This document shows positions 33,101 to 45,702 of a stretch of DNA of 64,000 bases, in pieces. The stretch comes from Chrysomallon squamiferum. Taxonomy: Eukaryota > Animalia > Mollusca. Below the pieces are notes generated by a model, which was not told the origin of the DNA, searched no databases, and saw only the letters and a list, made by a program, of their open reading frames with translations. The stretch spans positions 868,001 to 932,000 of the forward strand of contig CM022669.1 in NCBI GenBank assembly GCA_012295275.1, read 5' to 3'. How positions within the stretch are numbered: position 1 is the first letter of the stretch; every line of letters starts with the position of its first letter. The position numbers and the translations under genes are program-made.

Positions 33101-33440
33101 CTCAGTGATTCAGTGTCAGATGACGTACCCTTAGTGTTTCAGTGTCAGATAATGTAGCCTCAATGATTCAGTGTCAGATAATGCAGCCTCAGTGATTCAG
33201 GGTCAGATAATGTAGCCTCAGTGATTCAGTGTCAGATAATGTAGCCTCAGTGTTTCAGTGTTAGATAATGTAGACTCAGTGCTTCGTGTCAGATAATGTA
33301 GACTCAGTGTTTCGTGTGAGATAATGTAGACTCAGTGATTCAGTGTCAGATAATGTGGCCTTAGTGATTCAGTGTCAGATAATGGAACCTCAGTGTTTCT
33401 GTGTCATATAATGTCGCCTCAGTGTTTCAGTTTCAGATAA
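30130..33440. repeat. 29-bp satellite/minisatellite array (~110 copies) with higher-order repeats, directly upstream of LicD copy 1
   Basis: Unit cagtgtcagataatgtagcctcagtg(t/a)tt, 29-bp period. A diagnostic variant monomer gtgatagataaaaaactttaatgtttaa recurs many times. Confidence 0.97.
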
Positions 33441-33715
33441 GTGTTTATCAGTATGATAGACTAGAATTATCCTGATATGTAACAGTTTAATAAATTCATA
33501 AAAACATATTTTGCTTAGTGGGTCAACTATGAAAACAACAACAAAACATTGTTTCTAGAATCTTCGAAATAATTTCGTTTTCATTTATTATTTTTGCATT
33601 TTCTTCTTTCTTTCAGATTTTGAAGGCGGAGTGATAACATACGTTTCAGTAAACACAATAATAACGTTACGCATTAACATATTCTCGTCAGTAAATAAGA
33701 AACAAGAAAAACGTC

Positions 33716-34639
33716 ATGGCTGCCTGTCCAAAATATGTGATAGGTTTTATCGTACTAGCTGTTTTCACTGTGTTTTCAGTTGTGATGTTTTCCTCTATGA
33801 AAAAGAACAGTTATCTCAATCTGGTTGTGGACAGACTTGTTTCCTCGGTGTACGGACATTCCAGTGTCTCACTAAATATAACATCACAAAATATCAATAC
33901 GTGGTACATCCCAAATAAAATCAAACTACAAAATGATAGCATGCTCCAGCATTTTCTACCCAGACTGTCAGTTCACGACAAAGTGTTAACACTTCTAAGT
34001 TTGGACACATTTATGGAAGCCTGCAAGAAAGGAAACCTAACGTGTTTACTGTGGGAAGGATCTCTTGTTGGTGCTTACAGACATCATGGAATTGTTCCTT
34101 GGGATGACGACATCGATGTGATGATAATTGAAACTGATCTGGAAAAGGTTAGAAAGGTTTTATCAAGTGTTCCTGGATATGAAGTGTATTCCCCTAAAAA
34201 TTTTCAGTGGAAGTTTTACCTGAAAGATCTTCCACCTTTGAGTGGCCAGTCATATAAATATCCTTTTATCGATATATTCTTCTTTAAGGAAGATGCAAAA
34301 CAGGTTTCTGGCTTATTTTCAAACATAAAAAACTTTGTGTATAAAAAAGAAGAAGTGTACCCAATTCAGTTACGTGTCTTTGAAGATCGTTTTGTTCCAA
34401 CGCCTTGTAAAACTTCAAATTTCATAAAGCATTACGGAATTGAAAAATGTCAATCGTTAGGATATTTACACAGAGAGAACAGAGGAATTAAGCAGTTTTC
34501 TGTTCCGTGCAGTCAGTTATATGAAATTTACCCATTTGTTTTCAGACAAAAAGACACCCGTCCTGACTTTGTTTTAGAAATACTGAAACGTGGAAACGAA
34601 ACACTTGGCTCACTGTCAGTTCCACACTCGTGTGTGTGA
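33716..34639 (+). CDS. LicD/fukutin-related family phosphotransferase, type II membrane protein (copy 1, 307 aa)
   Basis: Intact ORF with N-terminal TM (YVIGFIVLAVFTVFSVVMF) and the LicD motifs [23 protein letters not shown] and YPFIDIFFF. 5'UTR acceptor ttcttctttctttcag| ends at 33616; AATAAA at ~35123. Confidence 0.93.
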   Translation: MAACPKYVIGFIVLAVFTVFSVVMFSSMKKNSYLNLVVDRLVSSVYGHSSVSLNITSQNINTWYIPNKIKLQNDSMLQHFLPRLSVHDKVLTLLSLDTFMEACKKGNLTCLLWEGSLVGAYRHHGIVPWDDDIDVMIIETDLEKVRKVLSSVPGYEVYSPKNFQWKFYLKDLPPLSGQSYKYPFIDIFFFKEDAKQVSGLFSNIKNFVYKKEEVYPIQLRVFEDRFVPTPCKTSNFIKHYGIEKCQSLGYLHRENRGIKQFSVPCSQLYEIYPFVFRQKDTRPDFVLEILKRGNETLGSLSVPHSCV

Positions 34640-35440
34640 TGAACACAACTGTAAATCTAGTTTTGTAGTTTACGTACATTTGCGTGCAACAATTATAAGT
34701 ACTAAAAAAAAAGAAGTTAAAAATAGTTTCGTAGATGATTTTGCTATAATTTGTTTGTGTATGTCCAGAGTGACCCAACTGGTCGCTAAACGAGAAGCCA
34801 CGGATATTTCAGACATACTCGACTCAGTGTGTTTGCATCAACCATCTTTAGACATACTTTTTACGATGGATATATAACACTTTTAGATATTTATAAACTA
34901 GTGTACTGTACACTGTAATAATCAGAATAGAACAAATCTGTTCGAATATGTATTTCTTAGATTTGGATACTGTAAATGCAGGTAATCGATTTTGCTTATT
35001 TTGAATATGATAATTTTGTAGCCAGCTTGATAATTTTGTTTTAATTTGGATAAATGTTACATGCTACACACCATCAAAACATACTCAGTGAAAATTATAA
35101 CATTCTCTACTGTGGGGTGTACAATAAATCTTTTAGACGAAATCACTTGCTGTGTAATCTCCAAGTATTTTACTCGGATTCACAGATGTGATGAATTCAT
35201 TAGAAAGTAGTGCAGAACCAAAGAGCACCACAAAACTTTTCTGTCCTTCAAAATATATTTTCCTATGACATAATTTAATATATATATATATATTTATAAT
35301 TCGCTAACTTTTAAAATTTCAAAATTATTGATTTATTTCATCTATGAAGTATCCATTAACAAAAGATTATTATTGAATGCTTACTAGAAAAGAAACATAT
35401 TACCATTTCACGCAATCTGTTCGTGAAAAAAAAATGTTGC

Positions 35441-35484
<44 letters not shown>

Positions 35485-35629
35485 TCAGAAGAAGATTTTG
35501 AAACATTATTTTTAACTTAGTGTCTTTCGAAGGAGTCACTGATCAACATTTTCTACATTTATTATAAGCATTTACTGAAATTACAGCAACTGCACAACAT
35601 GCATACGTATACATAGGCATATACATATT

Positions 35630-35682
<53 letters not shown>

Positions 35683-36103
35683 GCGCACATACACAGACAT
35701 GCAAATACATTTTTCGAAATATAGTTTTTATCTCAGAAATAATAACATTTGTTTAGAAACACGAATACTGATATTTTTACTTATTTATTTTGTTAAGAAC
35801 AAAATCAACATACTGACTAGGTACTTGTTAAAAACACACATTTATGACAGGAGATTTCTCACAGCTTGTGTTAGATAGACTCTGCTGAAAATACTTCTTC
35901 CCAATCTAGTATGTGTTTTTTACTTAATTATTTATATGTTGTTGTTTTTTTAGCTTGTTTCTTTGTTTATTCTGCTAATGTCTGTATGTATGTGATAGAT
36001 ACAGTTAATTAATTAATAACAGTAAAAAAATAAATAAATAAACAAATAAATAAAATAGAAAGTATGAAAAAAAAAGAACTGTGTATGTGTCTCTGTGTGT
36101 GTG

Positions 36104-36158
<55 letters not shown>

Positions 36159-37109
36159 CGTTTGGCTCAAAATCGCTAACAAAAGTGTGTCTTTGTGTTT
36201 AAACTCGGTCCCACCCACTCCAGCCCAGCTGGCTGCGATAGAAGAAACACGCACAGAGCACGTGACTGTCGTCACACTTCCTGGTTCAGTCACCAAGCTG
36301 ACTGAAAAGCCTGGCTCCCAATCAATACTGCGAAAAAAAAAAATATATTTTACCTGTGTAGGTTTTTTTTTTTTTTTTTTTTTTGCAGGGCCTTCTTTGT
36401 GCATCGGTGTATGATGATTAGTACATAACCTGAGTGGTGAAGGACACGAACTTTGACTGTAGATAATGGTGATATTTTGGGATGAATTTTCGATAATTTA
36501 TTTAGAGCTAGATTATACCGTATTGAAAAGTCACAGAAAAAACAAAAATGTTAACAGTCAAATGTCAAGTGTTCCGTTTTGTTTGTGTCCGGAATGCACA
36601 GTGCACTAAGATCACATGTACTTGGAATGCTCTGTTTCCCAAGCCCCAAAAATAAGACAGAGCAACCTGAAAAAGAATCTTCTGGCCTATCAAGCAAAAT
36701 CCTTAAAACATATCACCATGTAAGACTAGACATTTACATTTATCCTGCATCGCTGCATTTGCCTTGAGCAGAATAACGCTAACACAGTAATTTCTTTTAT
36801 ACATGCGAATTTCACACAGATAGGCACACATATGTGTATATACATATTTATAGGTTGTGTATATGTGTTTGTGCGTATGTGTGAGTTTGTGTTTATATAT
36901 ATATATATATAAAAAAAAAACAGAATAATACGTTCATCCATCTGCTTGCTGGGTGTTGGATACTAGAGATAGAAACACAAGTTCAACGGCATTTAAAACC
37001 GTTATCTTTCGGTAGGCGATTATAAGGAAAATTTCTTTCTTTTATTATTATTATTATTATTATTATTATCAGATGTTTTAATTAATTAATTTATTTATTT
37101 ATTTATTTA

Positions 37110-37215
<106 letters not shown>

Positions 37216-37253
37216 GATGTTTTAATTATTATTTAATTAATTAATTAATTAAT

Positions 37254-37300
<47 letters not shown>

Positions 37301-37845
37301 TTCTTTTTATTTATTTATTTTTTTTATTTTTTTTATTTTTTTTTTTATTATTTTTTTTTTTACCCAAACAAGATAAAAGGTGGGCAGTGGTTTAATGTTT
37401 TCCTGACTTCCATATAACAAACAAAAGTAGTTCGTTGGACAGTCATAAGGACAGTTAATCTTTCTTTGTTTTTTTCTTTTGTTTTGGTGGATATTTTTTT
37501 CTTTTCTTTTTTTTTTTTTATTTAATTATACTTTATTTTCTTCCTTCGCGATAATCTGTATCTTTATACTGATTAAAAAATATATATATCTAAATATTCC
37601 TGTTACATACGAATTTTAAATATTATTTCCAACATATTTACAAAGAGTCAGGTGTAATTATTTATATCATTCGAACATGAGCGTTCTTCATCACTAACTC
37701 TGACCCAGACGACGCTTAGCATTCTGTGTGTGTAAGCTGCTGGCGGTTTAGGATGTTTTTGTCACTAGTGTTTTTTAATCTTTTCAGTGCTGATACCTCT
37801 AAGTTTTCACATGTTCCTTATCTTTTGCTTTTACGTGTAAGACCC

Positions 37846-38165
37846 AATTTAAGTCACGTTCTTGAATCACACTTGCCATTAATAGACACTGAAAATAATT
37901 TAAGTCACGTTCTTGAATCATACTTGCTATTAATAGATACTGAAAATAATTTAAGTCACGTTCTTGAATCATACTTGCTATTAATAGACACTGAAAATAA
38001 TTTAAGTCACGTTCTTGAATCACACTTGCCATTAATAGACACTGAAAATAATTTAAGTCACGTTCTTGAGTCATACTTGTTCTTAATTTAAGAATCATAC
38101 TTGCCATTAATAGATACTGAAAATACTTTAAGTTACCTTCTTGAATCACCTTCTTGAATCAAAAT
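37846..38165. repeat. 51-bp tandem repeat (~5-6 copies)
   Basis: Unit aatttaagtcacgttcttgaatcacacttgccattaatagacactgaaaat; it gives the 17-aa repeat in ORF 37726..38091. Confidence 0.93.
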
Positions 38166-38877
38166 AATTTAAGTCTTTTGAATATTATTAATACATGTTG
38201 AAAACGAGCTTGGGTGGCTATTGTTTTACTGAGCAATTTTTTTTTTTTTTTTTTTTTTTAGTTATTGTACCATAACTACACGTCCGTTAACGATTTGTGT
38301 TTTTCTCTGCTTTTCTTTCCTTCACGCCTCTGTTTCCGGTTAAACTTCCCCACCCCACCACTGCTGGGCTCGTCGCGGTGTTACCATGACAACGTGAAGG
38401 TGTAACTCTTATTATTAACCGTTCTGCTCATTTCACGTTTCCCGTTCTCACCGGGCTCTTCACCAGTGGTGTCTCTGTGTTTGAGAAATCAGTTTCTAAA
38501 ATAATTTAATAACGGGTATTGTGTAAAACAAACACCAATCAGTAAAACACAGCAGTTCTTTGAACACTGCAGTCATGTTTTGTGTGCAGATACTCTACGC
38601 TGTGCTGACACGCTGCACAGAATCAGCGTATTTCCTTCCACTTAATCAGTCGCCCATTGTTCAGTAATTACTAAAGGAAACAATAGCTGTACCATTCCAG
38701 GGCTTTCAGATTTAGCAGAATAATTTCTATTAAATCAATAATCTATTGTGAAATTACGTAATGCCTCATATTCGTTACTAAGAACAATCAGGGGTGAAAA
38801 AGAAAGAAAAGAAAAGTTTTCATTTTATTTTATTTTTATTTATCTTATTCTATTTGTTAATTTACAAGTTAGAATTG

Positions 38878-38923
<46 letters not shown>

Positions 38924-39032
38924 TTATTATTTTTATTATTATTATTACTGGTTTTGTTTTACTAATTATTATAAATAAGTATGGATCTTGCTTAATGCGT
39001 GTTCATTCTTGTTTATGAGGGGTGACACAAGT

Positions 39033-39086
39033 TATAAAGGACGTGTAATGCAGTACGTGAAACAATCGCTGGAGAAACAGGTAAGT
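39033..39086 (+). promoter_or_regulatory. TATA box, short non-coding exon 1 and donor of LicD copy 2 (5'UTR intron 39081-39634)
   Basis: TATAAAG at 39033; CAG|GTAAGT at 39080/39081; matching acceptor ttaattttcag| at 39634 that is conserved in paralogues (42646; 49481 on the - strand). Confidence 0.65.
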
Positions 39087-39791
39087 TTACAAAATTTCAT
39101 AACAAACAAACAGACAAAAACTAAAAAATCTGAAAAAAAATTCAGAGTTATACTAATATGGATAAGCCATTTCTGATGGAAACAGATTTTATTTGTTATA
39201 ATAGATAGATAGATAGATAGATAGATAGACAGATAGATATGTATATATGTAAATAGACGATAGATATGTATATATGTAGATAGATGTAGATATTGATAGA
39301 CATAATACAAATTTTTCTGTCACTAGAGACGTTGCAACATGACAGTGTATTTTGTTTAAATTTTGTGTTTTGTTCCATCTACTGACTGCACACGCTTTTC
39401 GGGAACGTATGTTATTTGAAAAGCTAAACATTTGTTTAATTTCTTGTCCCCGTCTTTTAAATGTAAATCAGCTGATCTTACACACGTAATCATATTCGTA
39501 GCCCTCGAGATTTCTAAAAAAAGAAATGAACAAATTAAAAATGTTCAACTGTATAAAAAAAAGTTTGTTAATTTTCAACTACGTAACAAATTTTTAAAAT
39601 TTTCAACTGAATAACAAGTTTCGTTAATTTTCAGATATTTTGTTGCCAAAGACTCTGTGACGTTCTCAAACATCTGTCTCGTGTTATAGCATGTGTTAGT
39701 GAAAATACAGATTGACACTAGTTGCATCGATATTTACCATTTAATCTGAAATTTCTCAAAAATTAAAATTAACACTTTTTTATGAACAGTA

Positions 39792-40727
39792 ATGATTTTG
39801 TTCAATAGTGATGTATTTTTTATTCTAACTTTTGTCTGTTTGAGTATTTTATCTCTGCTCAACACAATGTTTCTGAAGGACAGATACGAAATTCTGCAGA
39901 AACTCATCAACACTTACCGCAGTTTCCGTGAGAAAAGCTATTCATTAAATACTGTAAATGTTCCGTTAAAAGCAAAAGCAATGCCCATGTGGTATATTCC
40001 AAACAAAGACAAATTGGAAAGAAATGAGCAGCTGAAGAATTTCATGCCGAGACTTTCCGTAAACGATCACTCTCAGATGCTTCTTAATGTGGACAAATTC
40101 TTCGAAGCTTGCAAGAAAGGAAATCTAACGTGTTTACTGTGGGAAGGATCTCTTCTTGGCGCTTACAGACATCACGGAATTATTCCTTGGGATGACGATC
40201 TCGATGTTATAATAATCGATACTGATCTGGAAAAGGTTAAAAAGGTTTTATCAAATGTTCCTGGATATGACGTGTATTCTCCTAAAACTTTTCAGTGGAA
40301 GTTTTACCTCAAGGATTTTCCTAGTATGACTGGGAAACCGTTTACATATCCTTTTATCGATATATTCTTCTTTAAGGAAGATGAAAAACAGATTTCTGGC
40401 TTATTTTCAAACATAAAACATTTTGTATATAAAAAAGAAGACGTGTACCCAATTCAGTTACGTGTCTTTGAAGATCGTTTTGTTCCAACACCTTGTAAAA
40501 CTTCAAATTTCATAAAGCGTTACGGAATTGGAAAATGTCAATCTTTAAGATTTTTACACAGAGACAATATAATAATTAAGCAGTTCTCTGTTCCTTGTAG
40601 TCAGTTATATGAAATTTACCCTTTTGTTTTCAGACAAAAAGACACCCGTCCTGGATTTGTTGTTGAGTCACTGAAACTAGGAAATCAAACTTTAAAAACT
40701 GTGCATGTCTCTGACAAATGTCTTTAA
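39792..40727 (+). CDS. LicD/fukutin-related family phosphotransferase, type II membrane protein (copy 2, 311 aa)
   Basis: Intact ORF; TM VFFILTFVCLSILSLL; motifs [23 protein letters not shown] and YPFIDIFFF; AATAAA at ~40838. Confidence 0.93.
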   Translation: MILFNSDVFFILTFVCLSILSLLNTMFLKDRYEILQKLINTYRSFREKSYSLNTVNVPLKAKAMPMWYIPNKDKLERNEQLKNFMPRLSVNDHSQMLLNVDKFFEACKKGNLTCLLWEGSLLGAYRHHGIIPWDDDLDVIIIDTDLEKVKKVLSNVPGYDVYSPKTFQWKFYLKDFPSMTGKPFTYPFIDIFFFKEDEKQISGLFSNIKHFVYKKEDVYPIQLRVFEDRFVPTPCKTSNFIKRYGIGKCQSLRFLHRDNIIIKQFSVPCSQLYEIYPFVFRQKDTRPGFVVESLKLGNQTLKTVHVSDKCL

Positions 40728-41359
40728 CATTTGTACACGGAGTATTGTTTTGTTTTATTTATGTATGCAAGTAAAATCACTGTGTAATTAATATAATACA
40801 TTTAATTCAATAATCAACGTAAACTACATCATAAGAAAATAAATAACACCCGAATAACTGTATTTTATATTTGTTTTTAGATATTTTTTCTGAATTGCTT
40901 TCATATATTTAAACATGAACACACTATTAAAGTGTGCAAAACTGAATCAGTTAACTGACACAGTTCACAGTATTTTTGATATAGTGGATAAAACGTGTAA
41001 TTTAAATGTATACCTTTCACAAGACTAGTAATGTGGTAGTAGACATTAATACTTGAATTTCAAGTTTAAATTTAGACATTTCACAATATTAGTTATAGAA
41101 TGGATAAAGCAAATATTTTAAGTAAAACTTTGTCCTACATAACATTTGTCTGACCAAAATACCTTGTAGGAGGTCAAGCTTTACTAAAAACTGATACAGG
41201 TATAAACGGAAACAGCTAAGCGCGGTAACTGACAAAGTGGGTTCTATTTATTTTTGAGGTTATTTATTATCTCACATTCTTTACGATTCAGAAAGAACAA
41301 ACTGAGAAAACATTTTAAGTTTATTATTATTATTTTTTTAGTTGTTATTATTATTATTA

Positions 41360-42195
41360 TTACTGGTTTTGTTTTACTTATTAGTATGTGAATAAGTATG
41401 GATCTTGCTTAATGCGTGTTCATTCTTGTTCATGAGGGGTGACACAAGTTATAAAGGACGTGTAATGCAGTACGTGTAACAATCGCTGGAGAAACAGGTA
41501 AGTTTACAAAATTTCATAACAAACAAACAGACAAAAATTAAAAAATCTGAAAAAAAATTCAGAGTAATACTAATATGGATAAGCCATTTTTGATGGAACA
41601 GATTTTATTTCTTTGTTATTACACTTGTACATTTTAATATTGTTTTATTTTATTTATGTATACAAGTAGAATCAATAATCAACGTAAACTACATCATAAG
41701 AAAATAAATAACACCCGAATAACTGTATTTTATATTTGTTTTTAGATATTTTTTCTTAATTGCTTTGAAATATTTAAACATGAACACACTATTAAAGTGT
41801 GCAAAACTGAACCAGTTAACTGACACAGTTCACAGTATTTTTGATATAGTGGATAAAACGTGTAATTTAAATTTATACCTTTCACAAGACTAGTAATGTG
41901 GTAGTAGACATTAATACTTTAATTTAAAGTTTAAATCGAGACATTTCACAATATTAGTGATAGAATGGAGAAAGCAAATATTTTAAGTAAAACGTTGTCC
42001 TACATAACATTTGTCTGATCAAAATACCTTGCTTGAAGGTTGCTGTGACTGTACTAAAACGTTATCTTTATACAGGTATAAACTGAAATAACTAAGCGGG
42101 ATAACTGAGAAAGAGGGTTCTTTTTTATGAAGTTATCTATTATCTGACATTCTTTACGGATCAGAAAGAACAAGCTGAGAAAACATTTTAAGTTT
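41360..42195 (+). pseudogene. ORF-less ghost LicD copy: promoter/exon 1/intron start joined directly to the post-stop 3' flank
   Basis: 41360-41610 is a near-identical copy of 38945-39190 (TATA, CAG|GTAAGT at 41497/41498). 41620-42195 copies the copy-2 3' flank 40728-41310. Nothing coding lies between them. Confidence 0.75.
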
Positions 42196-42734
42196 AGAAG
42201 TGTCTATTATTATTATTGTTTGTGTTGTTATTATTATTATTATTACTGTTGTTGTTGTTGTTATTATTGGTTTAGCATAACTTATTACTGTATGAATAAG
42301 TATCGATCAGGCTGAACGTGTCTTCATTTGTATTAGAAAGACGTCGGATGAGAGTGGGGGGTGTTTTCTTCACTGCAAGTAGCGATCGCTCGATAAAACA
42401 GGTTCGTATGCAAAATGTATAATAACATTATCAACTTATTTATTTGTTTTTATTTTCTTATTATTGTTGTTGTTGTTGTCATGGCCATCGTCATCGTTAT
42501 CATTAACATCTTGTTCTGTTTTGTTGTTTTTTAAATTCTTCAAAAAACATATATGCAACATACAGTCACCGCCTTATTCAGTAATGAAAAGTGAACTTAC
42601 TCACGAATGAATTTTCATCTGCCTAACAAGTTTTGTTAATTTTCAGATACGTTGTTGCCAGACTCTGTGACGTCCTGAACCATCTCACTCTCGTGTCTGT
42701 CGTCTCTTATCTTATAGTAAAAACACGCACTAGA

Positions 42735-42765
<31 letters not shown>

Positions 42766-42865
42766 CATCATCATCATAATTATTATTGTTACTGTCGATA
42801 TTAAACATTTAACCTGCAGTTTCTCTTTAAACACTAAAATTTTAAATTTATCTACAGCAAAAGTG

Positions 42866-43801
42866 ATGTCCAGTAAATACTTATTTTTTATTCTAACTTT
42901 TGTTAGTTTGATTATTTTGTCCGTTGTCTACATAAATTCAGTAAATAACAGCTATGACATTTTCCAGAAATTATTCTACAAAAACCAAAATTTCCATCAG
43001 ACCAACTATTCATTAAAGTGTTTAAATATTCCGCTGAAAGACTCGATAAAAGCAATGCTTCCGTGGTATGTTCCACAAAAAGACAAATTGGAAACAAATG
43101 AACAGCTTAAGAAATTTTTGCCGAGACTTTCCGTAAACGATCATTTTCAGATGCTTCTTTCTATGGACAAGTTCTTCGAAACTTGCAAGAAAGGAAATTT
43201 AACGTGTTTACTGTGGGACGGATCTCTTCTTGGCGCTTACAGACATCATGGAATTATTCCTTGGGATGACGATCTCGATGTGATAATAATTGAAAATCAT
43301 CCGGAAAAGCTTAAAAAGTTGTTTTCAAGTGTTCCTGGATATGAACTGTATATCACCAAAGACATTCCGTGGAAGTTTTACCACAAAGATCTTCCACGTG
43401 TTCGTGGGCACTCATATAAATATCCCTTTATCGATATATTCTTCTATAAGGAAGATGCAAAACAGATTTCTGGTTTATTTGCAAAAACAAGAAACTTTGT
43501 GTACAAAAAAGACATCGTCTTCCCGATTCAGTTACGAGTTTTTGAAGATCGTCTCGTTCCTACACCATGTAAAATATTTGATGTTATCAAGCGTTACAGA
43601 ATTGAAAAATGTGAATCTTTGGGTTATGTACACAAAGATGATAGAGCAATTAAGGAGTTATCAATTCCATGCAGTCAGTTATATGAAATTTACCCTTTTG
43701 TTTTCAGACAAAACGACACCCGTCCTGGATTTGTTTCTGAGTCACTGAAACTAGGAAATCAAACTTTAAAAACTGTGCATGTCTCTGACAAATGTCTTTA
43801 A
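42866..43801 (+). CDS. LicD/fukutin-related family phosphotransferase, type II membrane protein (copy 3, 311 aa from ATG 42866)
   Basis: Intact ORF (the track starts at GTG 42863; first ATG is 42866). [21 protein letters not shown]; motifs [23 protein letters not shown] and YPFIDIFFY; acceptor gttaattttcag| at 42646. Confidence 0.93.
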   Translation: MSSKYLFFILTFVSLIILSVVYINSVNNSYDIFQKLFYKNQNFHQTNYSLKCLNIPLKDSIKAMLPWYVPQKDKLETNEQLKKFLPRLSVNDHFQMLLSMDKFFETCKKGNLTCLLWDGSLLGAYRHHGIIPWDDDLDVIIIENHPEKLKKLFSSVPGYELYITKDIPWKFYHKDLPRVRGHSYKYPFIDIFFYKEDAKQISGLFAKTRNFVYKKDIVFPIQLRVFEDRLVPTPCKIFDVIKRYRIEKCESLGYVHKDDRAIKELSIPCSQLYEIYPFVFRQNDTRPGFVSESLKLGNQTLKTVHVSDKCL

Positions 43802-43815
43802 GATGATTACATTGG

Positions 43816-43853
<38 letters not shown>

Positions 43854-44026
43854 TTTATTTTGGTATGCAAGTAAAAATACTACGTAATTAGTATAATTTA
43901 ATACAGAAATCAGAGAAAGCAGCGCTACAAGAAAAACATAACACCTCAGTTACTTTTCTTCTTCTTCTCCTCCTCCTCTTCCTCCTTATTCTTCTTCTTA
44001 TTATTATTACTATTACTATTATTATG

Positions 44027-44083
<57 letters not shown>

Positions 44084-45702
44084 ATTTAATTAACTAAATA
44101 ATTACTAACATGTTCAGAGTAAATTCAGTTATGAGAGACTTATTAAATAAATCATCATTTTTATTACTAAAATAGAGTAAAAACGTTTCATGTAACAACA
44201 CATTTTGTAGTGAGATTGTAATTTGTATTAGTCAGCAATGTACAAGATCTGTTCATGTAATTTTTCCTTTGTAAACTTCTATTAAAATTGACGTAATGTC
44301 ACATTAATGACGCCATAAGAGATACATGGTTTCGCTGGCGTTTGTAAGTAGAACAATAAATAGGTTTGCTTAAATTATATATTTATAAATTGAAAACAAA
44401 ATAAACTCCTCAAAAGTTAAAATAGGAAATTTCTTTTAATAAGTATTTACAGCTTAATGATGTTAAGTATTTTCGTTTAATAGAGAAATATATGTTTTGT
44501 CACTGATCAAAATACCCTAGTTACAAAGAAATCAGAAGATGGAGAATCCCCATTCATTCATTTCTCACATTCAGCTTATTGTTAAGAAATGAACCGTAAT
44601 CATCAATATTCACGGCATAAATCACATGTATATATGTGGCACAGCAGTATTGAGAAAATACTAAAGAAAAATACCTTTATGTGTAGTTATAAAGTCACCG
44701 TGACAAGTTTAACATATTGAGTAACATCTGTTTGACATATAGTTTGTTTTAAGTACATTCAGGCCATTTATTATACTGACTCTCATGACTAGAGATTAAT
44801 TTCATAATTATTCAGACAATCAGGAGATGCTTGTTTCTTTTTTTTGTTATTACTCATTTCTTTTTAATGATTACCAAAGATTAACTAATCGATATATAAT
44901 TAAATTAATAAAAATTAAATATAGAGAAAAAGGAAAAAGATTAATTATTATAATTGTTGTGATATTATTATTACTACTAAAATTATTATTATTATTATTA
45001 TTGTTGTTGTTGTTGTTGTTGTTGTTTTTTTTTTTTTTTTTTTTTACTAAGTCTGTTTGATTCATTGGTTCAGCTTTGTAATAAAACAGTTAAAATGATG
45101 TAATTTTGCCAAAGTCAAACTCGTCACGAATCATTGAAATCGATGACCCAGTTTGTTGTCTCATAAAGTCTTAAGGGTCGGGTTGCTTATCGAAGTACAA
45201 AAGTACCTAACATGATTTAATAGTCGTGGTGAAATATATTTCTTACAACTCAATCTTTGTTTAGAAAAAATATTAATCATGTATAAAAGTATGTGTTTAG
45301 ATAGAAATGTACAATTTGATTTCTTTGTGTTTAGATAAACATACAATTTGATTGTTTAAGTTTCATAAATTTATGTGTTTAGATAAAAATGTGAAACATG
45401 ACCCGTCATGTTTAAAACTTTTTAAGTTTAAATAAGAAATGTACGATTTGACTGTTCGTGTTTAGAAGTTTATATGTTAAGATAAAAAATGTACTATTTG
45501 ATTGTTCGTATTTAGAACTTTATGAGTTTAGATAAAAATGTACAATCTGAGTTTTCTTTATTTTGTTTAATTATTTTCATTAAAGCTTGTATTGTTAGAA
45601 ATCTAGATAACCTTAAAATATAATTAAAATGTTGTATATTTTACAAATGAATTTTATTAACATTTATTATTTACATTTTTGCTTTCTTTACGTTTGTATC
45701 TG

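Noticed and set aside
43290-43748. 152-aa ORF overlapping LicD copy 3
   Set aside because: Alternative frame of the real gene with a non-ATG start; no comparable ORF is listed for the paralogues.
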